From: Leucoraja erinacea
Lineage: Eukaryota
Reading direction: 5' to 3'
Assembly: GCF_028641065.1 (NCBI RefSeq)
Contig: NC_073396.1
Coordinates: forward strand, 20,398,001 to 20,462,000
Length of the DNA: 64,000 bases
Part shown: one piece after another, positions 39,085 to 51,000 of the stretch
Numbering within the stretch: position 1 is the first letter of the stretch
Layout of the letters: every line of letters starts with the position of its first letter
Translations under genes and position numbers: made by a program
Notes under the pieces: generated by a model
Database searches by the model: none
What the model was told of the DNA's origin: nothing
What the model saw: only the letters and a program-made list of their open reading frames with translations

Positions 39085-42000
39085 GAGGGATAGGATCACA
39101 TGTACTGGGGATTTATTTAGGGTCACGTACTGGGGATCAGTGGAAAAACCTGTTATGGATGCTCTCCAAACAGATCAGATACAGAGACAGATAATGATAT
39201 AATTATTAATAATTTAATATAATAATATAACATAATAGATTATAATATAATAGATAGTAGATAGACACAAAAAGCTGGAGTAACTCAGTGAGACAGGCAA
39301 CATCTCTGGAGAGAACGAGTGGGTGACGTTCTGGGTCGAGACCCTTCTTCAGACTGGTTAGGGACTGGGAAACATGAGAGATATAGAAAATGATGCAAAA
39401 AAGTAACAATGATAGAGGAAACAGGCTATTAATGGTTAGCTGAAGATGCATCCCGGGGGCATGAACATCGAATTCTCCCAATTTTGTTAGTCCTTGCTGT
39501 CTCCTCCCCTTCCTCAGCCCCCCTGCTGTCTCCTCCCCATCCCCCAGCCTTCGGGCTCCTCCTCCTTTTCCCTTTCTTGTCCCCGCCCACCCCCGCCCCC
39601 GATCAGTCTGAAGAAGGGTTTCGGCCCGAAACGTTGCCTATTTCCTTCGCTCCATAGATGCTGCTGCACCCGCTGAGTTTCTCCAGCTTTTTTGTGTAAC
39701 CTTCGATTCTCCAGCATCTGCAGTTCCCTCTTAAACATTAATGGTTAGCTGTTGGTTTGGTAAAAACGAGAAGCTAGTGTGATTTGGGTGGGGGAGGGAT
39801 AGAGAGAGAGAGAGAGAGAGATGCAATGTCGGGGCTACCTGAAGTTAGAGAAATCAAATTCATACCACTGGGCTGGAAGCTGCCCGTGCAAAATATGAGA
39901 TGCTGTTCCTCCAATTTGCTTTTAGCCTCACTGACAATGGAGGAGACCTAGGACAGAAAGGTCTGTGGGAATGGGAAGGAGAACTAAGGTGCACTCAACC
40001 AACAGCTGACAATGGCCTGTTTCCTCTATCATCGTTACATTTTTGCATATCTTTCATTAATTGTTCTTTATTTTACTACGTCATCGTTTCTATATCTCTC
40101 GTTTCCCTTATCCCTAACCAGTCTGAAGAAGGGTCTCCACCCAAAACGTCACCCATTCCTTCTCTCCAGAGATGCTGCCTGTCCCGCTGAGTTACTCCAG
40201 CTTTTTGTGTCTATCTTCGGTTTAAACCAGCATCTGCAGTTCCTTCCTACACAGAATAGATAGTAGAGTCAAACAGCACGGAAACAACGGAAACAGGCCC
40301 TTCTACCCAAGCGACCAAGATGCCCGTCTATAGTCCCACCTGCCCACGTTTGGCCCGTATCCCTCTAAACCTTGTGTCCGATGGAACTGCAGATGCTGGT
40401 TTACATCCAAGGTAGACAAAGTGCTGGAAGTCTGAAGAAGGGTCCCGACCCAAAATGTTACCCATCCTTTTTCTCTAGAGATGCTGCCCTACCTGCTGAG
40501 TTACTCCAGCACTTTGTGTCTATCTTCCTTCTAAACTTATCCTGCCCATCTACATGGCCAAGTCTCTTCTAAATGCTTTTATATAGTACCTGCCTCAACT
40601 ACCTTCCCCGGCAGCTCGTTCCAAATATATACCCACCACTCTCTGTGTGAAAAAGCTGCCCCTCAGGTTCCTATTAAAACTTTCCCCTCCCCTCACCTTA
40701 AACCGATGCCCTCTGGTTCTTGATTCCCCTACTCTGGGTAAAAGACTCTGTGCATTCACCCTATTCATTCTGTGGTAGGTGGAATTCCCGGAGAGCGACA
40801 AGGAGTGGGGAGGGGAGTGGGAGTGGGATAGTTACAGGGAGGCAGCAGTTGTGGGGGGCAGGGGCGCTGGGCAGGTCAAGGGAGGGCACGGAGTGAGGGG
40901 CAAAGGGGTGGTGGGGTGTGAGGGGCATGGGCAGGTGAGATGGTAGGGGTTTAGGGGGAGGGCAGATCTCTGGAGAGACGGGGCACGGGTGGACGGGGGC
41001 ACGGGGGGCAGGGGCTGGGATGGGGGGGGCAGGGGCGAGGGATGGGGGGGACGGGGCTGTCATGGGGGGGGGTAGGAGGGATGGGGGGGGGGTCAGGGGC
41101 AGGGAGGGGGGGGGTCACAGGTAGGGGGAGATGATGGGGGTGGCAGGGGCAGGGGCAGGGATGGGGGTGCAGGAGGTGAGGGGGAAGGGGCCGGTCAATG
41201 ATGTTTTGGGCGAGGTCCCAACCGACAGGGCTGGGGCAGTGAACCTCTCTCGCGGCGCGCTGATCCGCGGCAGGAGCTGTGGACAGACAGCTGCTGCAGT
41301 CGGCAGCGGAGATGCGGCGAGGGCTGGAGGGGCTGCTGACAGCATCGAGGCCCCCGAGAGAGGTGAGGGGGTCGCGGGGGGGGTCATGGGGAGGAGGGGC
41401 CACAGAGGAGGAGATGTGGGGGGGTGACATTGGGGTACATGCAGGGGGGGCTGTGGGGCCCGCCCCACCAGGGAGGGGGCCGGGGGATTGGGGCGAGGAC
41501 GCAACCTCCCAGGGCTGTGTGAACCTCTCCCTCTCTCGCTGATCCGCGGCCACAGGTGTGGACGGAAGTCTCGCCCCCCCCGCACCCCGGAGGTCAGAGC
41601 TGGAGGCACCTCGCCCCCCCACAAGACCTCGCCCCCCCCGTCCGGCCCCGACCCCCCGCAACACCTCGGCCCCCCCACAAACCCCTCCTGAGAGGTGCCC
41701 CCACAAGACCTCACCCCCCCCTCCCCCCCCCCCCCCCCCGACCCCTCACAGCCCTCCCCCCACAAGACCTCGCCCCCCCCCCCAACACCTCGCCCCCCCC
41801 ACACCCCCAACCAACCACTGTGATCCCACACCTCTCCCTTTCCCCACCCACTGCCACGTAACTCTTCACCCCCCCGTGACCCTTTCACCCCATGTGATAT
41901 CCCCTTGTGACCTTTCCCCACACCCCATCACCCTTTCCCTCTGGTGCTGTGCTCTCTGACCCCTCCTCTCCTCCAGCCCGTGGGCTGGGTCTGTACCAGG

Positions 42001-45000
42001 TTCTGGCCCCCAACGCCTTCCCCCGGTGTGAGCAGTTCGTGCCCATCCTGCGCAAGACCGTCCGATCCACCTTGCACCAGGTAGGTCCCATCTTCCAGAA
42101 CCTTCCGGCCCCTCAGCATCGCCCGACCGTACATCTCGGCTTCGGTCAGCATGGAGCGGTTGTGCCAAAGGGTCTTGTCTCCCTGTTGTCGGCCGGGATG
42201 GACACTGGGGTTGTGAAGCTGAGGGTGTTTGGGGTGAAGTTACGCTAAGCGATCGAATCCCATGGATTGCAGCCCTGAGACAAGATCAGGGTCAGGTTTA
42301 TTATTGTCACCGAGGTACAGTGAAACGCTTTGTTTTGCAAGCTGTCCATACAGATCAGATAATGCTATACATAAATACAATCACGTCAAACTCAAGTACA
42401 ATAGAGAGAGCAAAGGGGAAGATACAGAGTGAAGAATATAGTTCTCAGCATTGTAGCGCATCAGTTTCAGAGACAAAGTCCAATGTCCGCAATGGGATAG
42501 AAGTGAATCGGACAGTACCCTAGCTGATGGACCCCGTTCAGAAGCCTGACAACAGAGGGGAAGAAACTTTCAGAGTCAGATCAGATGGCACATTAAACAC
42601 TTTTTATAATGCACCATGGGATGGTGGGAGGGGTGGGGGGGGGGGGGGGGGGTAGTGGGGTGGGGTAAGGTGTTGCCGAGTTATTGCCAATGATATTACT
42701 ATAACCGAGTCAAGTAATATCATTGTGTAAGCAGTAGAAACAAACAACTACAGATGCTGGATAATACACAAAAGGACACAAAGTGCAGGAGTAACTCAGC
42801 GGGTCAGGCAGCATCCCTGGAGAACATGACAGTTCGGGACGGGCCCTTCTTCAGACTGGTTGTATGATTATGATATGATTGTATGATTATGATTGTGTTT
42901 ATAATTTGTTTGGTTGTTTTGTTGTTCCGCGAGCATTGCCACTTTCATTTCACTGCACATCTCGTATGTGTATGTGACAAATAAACTTGACTTGACTTGA
43001 CTTGACTTGTAGGGGGAGAAAGCTGGAAAATAAGTTCTTCAGATTGAAGAAGGGTCCAGAATCGAAATGTCCTTTCCCTCCACAGATGCTGCCTGACCCG
43101 CTAAGTTATTCCAGCACTTTGTATTTTGCTAAAGATTCCAACGTTTGGGGTTCCTAGTGACGGCACTCGGTGTAACCGTGCCAGGGTGAGCGGCGCACGG
43201 GTTACAGTGTCGGGGAAGGGAGGGGAGGGTTGGTGATGAGGTGAAGGGAATGGTGAGAGGTGATGTGAGGGGTCAGCAAGGCACTAATTGACTGGGTGCT
43301 CTGTAGAAAGCCATGATGCAGCTGGAGTGGTTCGACGGGACGGTGAGGAATCTTCACGTGGACCCACCCCAACTCTACCAGTATCAGGTGAGGCTCCCCC
43401 AGCCCACCCTCCCCATTCACCCTCCGCCATCCCTCTCCACTCCCCATGGCAATCCCTGACTGCCCCCCCCCCACCCTACCCCCACTGCCGTTCCCTCTGT
43501 CCTCACCCCACCCTGGGCTGTCTCCCACCAGGGCTGGTTGCTGACCTCTCTCTCCCTGTGACCCCCCTCCCCCCCCCCCCCCCCCCCCCCCCATGGGCCC
43601 GTCTCCACTCGTGGCCGTTCCCTGACCTCTCTTCCCCCTGACCCGTTTCTCTCTCCCCCAGCAGCCAATCTCTGACCCCTGTCTCCCCCTGTGGCCGTCC
43701 CCTGACCTTTCTCCCCTGACCTTTCTCCCCCTGACCCCTGATCTGTCTCTCCCCAGGGCTCCCTGTCCCGGGCGGTCAGGGTCTTCCAGCGTCGTCTCGG
43801 CTGGTTGTGTTCGGGTAGCAGACGGGTCTGGGGCAACCTGTGTGAGGAGAGGTCAGTATTTAACACTGTGACCCCGGGTCGCTACCCCGCGCCGTGACCC
43901 TGGTTTCCGCGGTGACATTGGGCGGTTGCCCTTGCGACGTGTTTCCCCTAGTGGTGACCCCGAGAGGTTGCCGTGGTGATATATGACCCCCGGGAGGTGA
44001 CCCCTACATTGGGCAGTTGCTGTGGTTACGAGTGACCCCAGTGTTGCCTTGGCAACGTGTGATCCTGGGCAGTGACCTCGTGGATTAGCCCTGCGTTGCC
44101 ATGGTGATGCGTGACCCTGGGTGGTGACCCCCACATTGCCGTGGGACCCCTGGTGGTGACCCCTGCGTAATCGAGGTGACTTGTGACCCCCAAGCGGTGA
44201 CCCCTGCGTTGCCATGATGATGTGCAATGTCCACTCTCCCACAGGGTGCTGCTGATGGTGGACACCTCGACCCTCTCCCCCGGCACCGACCCCCCCCTCC
44301 AGCTGCTCCGGCCACTTCTCCAGCAACAGCTGCCCCGGACACAGGCCTTCAACCTGCTGGCGTGAGTGACCGCTGACCGCGGGGGGGGGGGGGAGGGGTT
44401 TGGAACAGGGGAGTGGTTTGTGTGGAGGGATGGATTTGGGGGAGGGGAGGGTTTGGAGCAGGAGGGTGTTAGGGGAAATGGGGGGTTGGGAGGGGGGGGG
44501 GGATTGGGGAAAGGAAGAGGTTCTGGGGAGGGGGCGCTACCACCGGTGCCGATTTTTGACCCATTCTCCCGGCGATCTCCTCCCTCCAGGTTCGGCTCTG
44601 GGGTCCAACGCTACGGGCCGGGCCTACTGCCCACTACACCCGCCAGCCTGCAGGCTGCCTGGAGGTGGGTTCCTGCAGCCCCCTCACCCCTCCCTCACTC
44701 TGCCCCTCCATCGTTTTGTGCTCCCTGTGCTCCTCCCTCCCTCCCTCCTTTTGCCCCTCCCTCACCCCTGCCTCCCTCCCTTGCTCCTGCCACTCTCACA
44801 CCTTCCCTCCTACGCTCGCCCCCCCTTCAGAGGGGAGACGGAGTGTGGGACGGTCAGAATATTCCAGTCAGTTTGTGGCTTGGCCTGGCCATACAACGCT
44901 TCAGGACCTTCTCCTTCCCCTCTGTTAAAGCTTCTGAACGGTCCTTCCATAAGCTAGTGTACTGTCCGATTCACCTCTACCCCGTTGTGGTCTCTGGAAC

Positions 45001-48000
45001 TGCTACGTTACAATGATGAGAACTAGATTCTGCACTCTGTATCTTCTGATTTGCTCTACCTATTGTATTTGCGTCTGACTTGATAGTATTTTTGTTTAGT
45101 TTTGGAGTTTAGAAGAATGAGGGGGACCTCATTGAAAGGTACCAAATAGTGAAATGCTTGGATAGAGAATATGTGGGGAGGATGTTTCCACGAGTGGGAG
45201 AGTCTAGCACTAGAGGTCATAGCCTCAGAATTAAAGGACGTTTCTTTAGGAAGGAGACGAGGAGGAATTTCTTTAGTCAGATGGTGGTGAATCTGTGGAA
45301 TTATTTGCCACAGAAGGCTGTGGAGGCCAAGTCAATAGATACTTTATTTATAGATAGATTCTTGATTAATACAGGTGTCAGGGGTTATGGGGAGAAGGCA
45401 GGAGAATGGAGTTAGAAGGGAGAGATAGATCTGCCATGATTGAATGGCGGAGTAGACTCGATGGGCCAAAAGGCTTAATTCTGCTCCTATCACTCATGAC
45501 CTTTTCACTGTAGCTCTGTACACTAATAATAAACTAAACCAAACCAAACTAAACTAAATCATGGAGACCACATGCAAGAGTCGCCAGGTTTTGGTGCCAT
45601 TCCACAGGTCCAGCTGTAGATGGTAGTGAAGGCCTGTTGCAGCCGTCGCCTCTGTCCAGATTGTCCTGCGATCCATCATCCCTCTCCTCGCCCGGCCACC
45701 CTCAGCCCCCGTGCCCCCGGGTAGAGGTGACAATAACAAACCTGAGGCTGTGTCTGCGCCCCTGACAGGTGGTGCCTGTCGCTGCAGCGTGAGGGCAGCC
45801 GGAACCTGCTGGCCGCACTGAGAGCAGCGATGGAGACTGACGTCAGCTGTCTCAGCGGACCCTGTGGGATCTACCTCCTCATCGCCGGCGCTCCCGACCA
45901 GGCCCTGGTAAGGCTTCACCGGAGAGCTGACTGCGGCAGACACTGTGCGGCCGGTCTGTAATAACGGATGGACAGGCCGGGCGGCATCTGAGGGGGGAGT
46001 AGTGGAAAATGTTTCCCACACCGGGAGGGAGGGTCAGGCAGGGTTTGAATGGAGTGGAGCTTTCCTCAGGGAGAAGTCTACACTCGGTGAAACAGACACA
46101 TCGAGAATAGCTGGGGTTACTGCATGATGTATTCACAGATGTGCACAGGTATGGTTTCCAGATGTGCAGAGGTGTGGGCCACAGGTATAGAGATGTGGGC
46201 CCCAGATGTGATGTGTGGGCCCCAGATGTTCAGAGGTGTGTGGGCCCCAGATGTGGAGGCGTGGGTTCCAAATGAGGATAGCCATGAGCTCCATATGTGA
46301 ACCCTGGACTGGGAGAAGCACGGATTCCAGATGTGAAAAATCATGGCGTCCAGATGCGAGGAACTGTGGGCTCCAGATGTGGATAGACGTGTCGTATTTG
46401 GAGTCTCAAACTTGATTTGGGAATCGTTGCGTGCTAACTAGTTAGTGGAAAGACTATACATGATTACAATCGAGCCATCCACAGTGTACAGTTATAGTTC
46501 AGTTGCGATCTCTTGGGATAGCAGGGTGGGCACGATGGGCTGAGTGGCCTCCACCAGCCCCCCCCCTATAGTCTGTGACCCCTCACCGCCTCTCTCTCTC
46601 TCTCTCTCTCTCTCGTCCTCAGGAACCTCTCGCCAGCTACATTGCCGAGGTCACCGGAGGTCGTGAACTCCGACTCCACGTCTGCCTCTATGACCCTGAG
46701 CCCGACCCTGACCTCGGGGAGTCGGCCCCTCCCCCCCGCTACGCCTCTCCCAGGGAGATGGGGGAGATCATGAGGAGTCTGGCGCGGTCGGGTGGCGGCC
46801 GGTTCCTCTGGTCCCGCGAGTCGGGTGAGTGAGGGTCGGCTTGGGGGAGTCTGTAAGACACAGGAACAGACCATTCAGCCCATCCAGTCTTCTCTGCCAT
46901 TCAATCATGGCTTTCCCACACAGCCTTCCATCACACAGACCAGACTCCCCACTGTTCCCATCTACACTTCAAGCTGCCTCAGGAAAGCAGCCAACATAAT
47001 CAAAGATGTCCTTGTCCCACCCCGGCCGTTCCTTCTTCACCCCACTCCCATCTGGCAGAAGCTACAGAAGCTTGAAAGCACGCATCATCAGACTCAGCAA
47101 CAGCTTCTTCCACTCTGTTATCAGGCATCTGAATTGTCCTTCCATCAGCTTCCATAAAATTTGATACGGTGGCACAGCGGTAGAGTTGCTGCCTGACAGT
47201 GCCAGAGACCCGGGTTCGATCCTGACTATGGGTCCTTGTCTGTACAGAGTTTGTACATTCTCCCCATGACCACGTGGGTTTTCTCCAAGATCTTTGTTTT
47301 CCACCCACACTCCAAAGACGTAGGTTAATTGACTTGGTATAAATGTAAATTGCCCCTAGTGTGTGTAGGATTGTGTTAATGTGCGGAGATCGCTGGTCTG
47401 TGCGGACTCGGTGGGCCAAAGGGCCTGTTTCCACAATGTATCTCTAAACTAAACTAAACTAACTGTCCAATTTGCCTCTACCTCATCGCAGACAACGTCC
47501 CCCTTTCCTTCTCTCCAGAGTTTCAGCCTGTCCCGCTGAGTTACTCCAGCAGTTTGTGTCTACCTGTAGATACAAGGAATTGCAGATACTGGTTTACAAG
47601 CAGGTCAGGCAGCATCTCTGGACAACATGAATAGGTGACGCTTCAGGTCGGGACCCTTCTGCACAATGGAGACATTGAAGAAGTCACCTATCAATGTCCT
47701 CCAGAGATGCTGCCTGACCTGCCGAGCTACTCGAGCGAGAGTCCACACGGTCGGTGGGAGGAGAGGAAGGTTTCACATCCTTTTCTCAGTGAACTTTCTG
47801 GTTGGTTTTCAGGTATCATCGAAAGTGATGACATTCAGCTGATATTGGCCGAAGTGGAAAAGGCAGTCGACTACTCCAGGAAGGTGCGTGGGGGATCGTT
47901 ACCTGTGTAAAACCCAGGCCATAGCACAGTGTTAGTCAACATGTGGCACCTTCACCTGTAGGAGAGGAGTCTGTCTGTGAGCACGTGCCCGTGTGTGGTG

Positions 48001-51000
48001 TGTGTCTGTGAGCGCATGTCCGTGTGTGGCTGTGAGCGCATGTCCGTGTGTGGCGTGTCTGTGAGCATGTGCCCGTGTGTGGTGTGTCCGTGTTTGGTGT
48101 GTCTGTGAGCACGTGTACTTGTGATGTGTCCGTGAGCGCGTGTCCATGTGTGGTGTGTCTGTGAGCACGTGCCCGTGTGTGGCATGTCCGTGTGTGCCTT
48201 GTTGCCGTGTCCGTCACTGTTCTCTCTCCCTCCGCTTGTTGCCGTGTCCGTCACTGTTCTCTCTCCTCCCGCTCTCTCCTGTTGCCGTGTCCGTCACTGT
48301 TCTCTCTCCTCCTGCAGTGCGCCCTGTTGCTCGAGTCCCTCCACCGGCGTTCGGGAAGGCTGGCTGCAGACGAGCAGGTCCCACCGGGTGGCCTTGAGGT
48401 GGTGCTGAAGGAGGGGTGTCGCAGCCCCCTGAAGCTGCAGGCTCCGAAGCCCACTGCCCTCTCCCTGGCCAGAATGGTACCATATACTCCGTCTCCGCCA
48501 ACGCAGACTGGTCCTGCCCTTGCAAACTGCCCCTCCCTCACAGTGGATCACTGTTGAATCAACCAGCCATATAAAGGGTGGCACAGAGGCGCAGTGGTAG
48601 AGCTGCCTTACAGCTCCACAGACCCTGGTTTGAACCTGACTACGGGTGATGTCTGTACGGTGTTTGCACGTTCTCCCTGTGACCACGTGGTTTATCTTGA
48701 GATCTTTGATATCCAAGTCAAGTCAAGTCAAGTTTATTTGTCACATACACATACGAGATGTGCAGTGAAATGAAAGTGGCATCCTCCATCCTCCCACATT
48801 GCAAAGACGTGCGGGTTTGTAGGTCAATTGGCTTTCGTAAATTGCCCCTGGTGTGTAATGCAGAACTAGTGGACAGGTGCTCAATGGTCAGCATGGACTC
48901 GGAGGGGCCTGTTTCCATGCTGTTTCTAAACTAAAGTGAGCTAAACTAAATTGAACAAACCAAAACCCCTTGGCAAAGGTTCAGCTGTCCCAGGAGGGCG
49001 TGTGGGGAGGGAGGGAAACGGGGTGGGGGGAAATATGGGGGGAGAGGGGAGTGGTTGGGGGAAGGGTGTGGGGAGAGAGGGGGATGAGTGAGAGAGGCTG
49101 GGTGGGAGGAGAGGGGTGATGAGAGAGATGGGGGAGGGAGCAGAGGGAGAGGAGAGCGATGGGAGAGAGTAAGGGCCGGATGGGCGGTGAGGGGAGAGAG
49201 GGAAGGGGTAGGAGGGGAAGGTGGGGGTGGGATGGAGGTGTGGCGGGAGAGGGGCGAGGATTAACGGGATCGTTCTGTGCGCCTGCAGCGAGCTCTGGTG
49301 GACGGGGGCGGGGAGAGAGCGCCGGCGTTCAAAGCCTTGACCTGGCGACCAAGCAGCGGAAAGACGGCCACCGCTCCAGGTGGGTTAGCAGGCAAGGCTC
49401 GGGCGGAGTGGCCTGCCCCTCCACTGAAGGCCACTCTGCCCCTCCACATAGTGATAAACTGAAGCTTCCCTCTCCCTCCCCTGTTCCCAGACACCGCCCA
49501 CACTACACACCTCCCCATCCCCACCCATGACCCATTTAAATCAGATATTGCGTTCAGTTTTGGTCAGCCTGCTATGGGATGGATGTTGTTACGATGGAAA
49601 GGGTGCAGAGAAGTTTTATGAGGATATTGCCAGGACTTGAGATCCTGAGCATTAGGGAGAGGTTGAACAGGCAAGGACTATATTCCTTGGAGCGCAGGAA
49701 CATTGCGAGTGATTTTATAGAGGTGTACAAAAATCACGAGAGGAATGGATTGGGTAGACACACAGGGACTCCTGCCCAGAGTAGGGAATTTGAGAACCAG
49801 AGGGCATAGGTTTAAGATGAAGAGGGAGAGATTTAATAGGAACCTAAGGGGCAATTATTTCTCTTGATGGTGGTGAGGGTATGGAATGAGCTGCTGGAGG
49901 AGGCAGTTGAGGCAGGGACTATAGCGATGTTTGAGAAGCATTTAGACAGGACAGGATGTGTTCAGTGCGATAGGGGCCAAGCGCAGGCAGGTGGGACTAG
50001 AATAGATGGGGCATTTTGGCTGGCATGGACATGTTGGGCTGAAGGGCCTGTTTCCATGCAGTATGACTCTATCTTCTGCCCGATGTGAGCGGAGAGAAGG
50101 ATGCATGACTGGGGTGGGAATCGGTGGCTACCCCTGGGGGCAGCTGGTGATCCCCTGCCCCCCCCCCCCCTCCATCCCCCCATCACCCTGCCCCTCCCTC
50201 CCCCCACCCCTCTGAAGGTGTGGACCACCAGGGATGGGCGGGCTGTGCCCACCTTTCACCACGGGGCTCCGATACGCATGTAACACGGCTGTTTGTCCAC
50301 CAGCTCGCCCCAGCCATACGCGGACACGCCCCACGGGCCGGGCCAGGAGGAAGGTGATGAGCTCGGCCTTTTACACGGATCAAGGGAGGAAAGTGGGTGA
50401 GTACAACTGTGGGCAGAGAACAGGAACCGGCCCATCAGCCCATCATGTCTGTGCCAACCATGATCTATTTAATCCCTCTGCCCGCACATGATCCATATCC
50501 CTCCATTCCCTGCATATCCATGAGCCTATCCAAAAGCCTCTTAAACACCACTATGGTTTCTGCCTCCACCACCACCGCTGGCAACGTGTTCCAGGCCCCC
50601 ACCGCCCACTGTGTAAAAAAAAATCCCACACATCTCTTTTAAACTTTGCCCCTCTCGCCTTAAAGCTATGCCCCAATTCTGTAGACACAAGGAATTGCAG
50701 ATGCTGGTTTACAAAAAAGGTCACAAAGTGCTGGAGTAACTCAGCGGGTCCGGCTGCATATTGGAGGACGTTTATAGGTGACGTTTTGGGTCTGGACCCT
50801 TCTTCGGACTGATTCTATCGCATTTTCTCAGACCCATGCAAGTTCTGCATGTTAGATGTTGTCCAAGATGATAAAAACATCTTGATGTAAAATATTCTGG
50901 GGCGGTGGAGCTGCTGCCTCACAGCACCAGAGACCTCCGGGTTCGATGCTGACCTCAGGTGCAGTCTGTGTGGAGTTTTTTACATTTCCTCCAGGTGCTC

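Larger units (their letters stand above)
39255..40255. mobile_element. Older Penelope-like element remnant with inverted pLTR arms
   Basis: 39260-39440 is the reverse complement of ~40000-40215; minus-strand PLE ORF end at ~39835-39960 lies between them. Confidence 0.7.

Noticed and set aside
47168-47240. tRNA-like sequences with A/B boxes
   Set aside because: These are heads of HE1/V-SINE copies that continue into the V-domain and CR1 tail; not tRNA genes.
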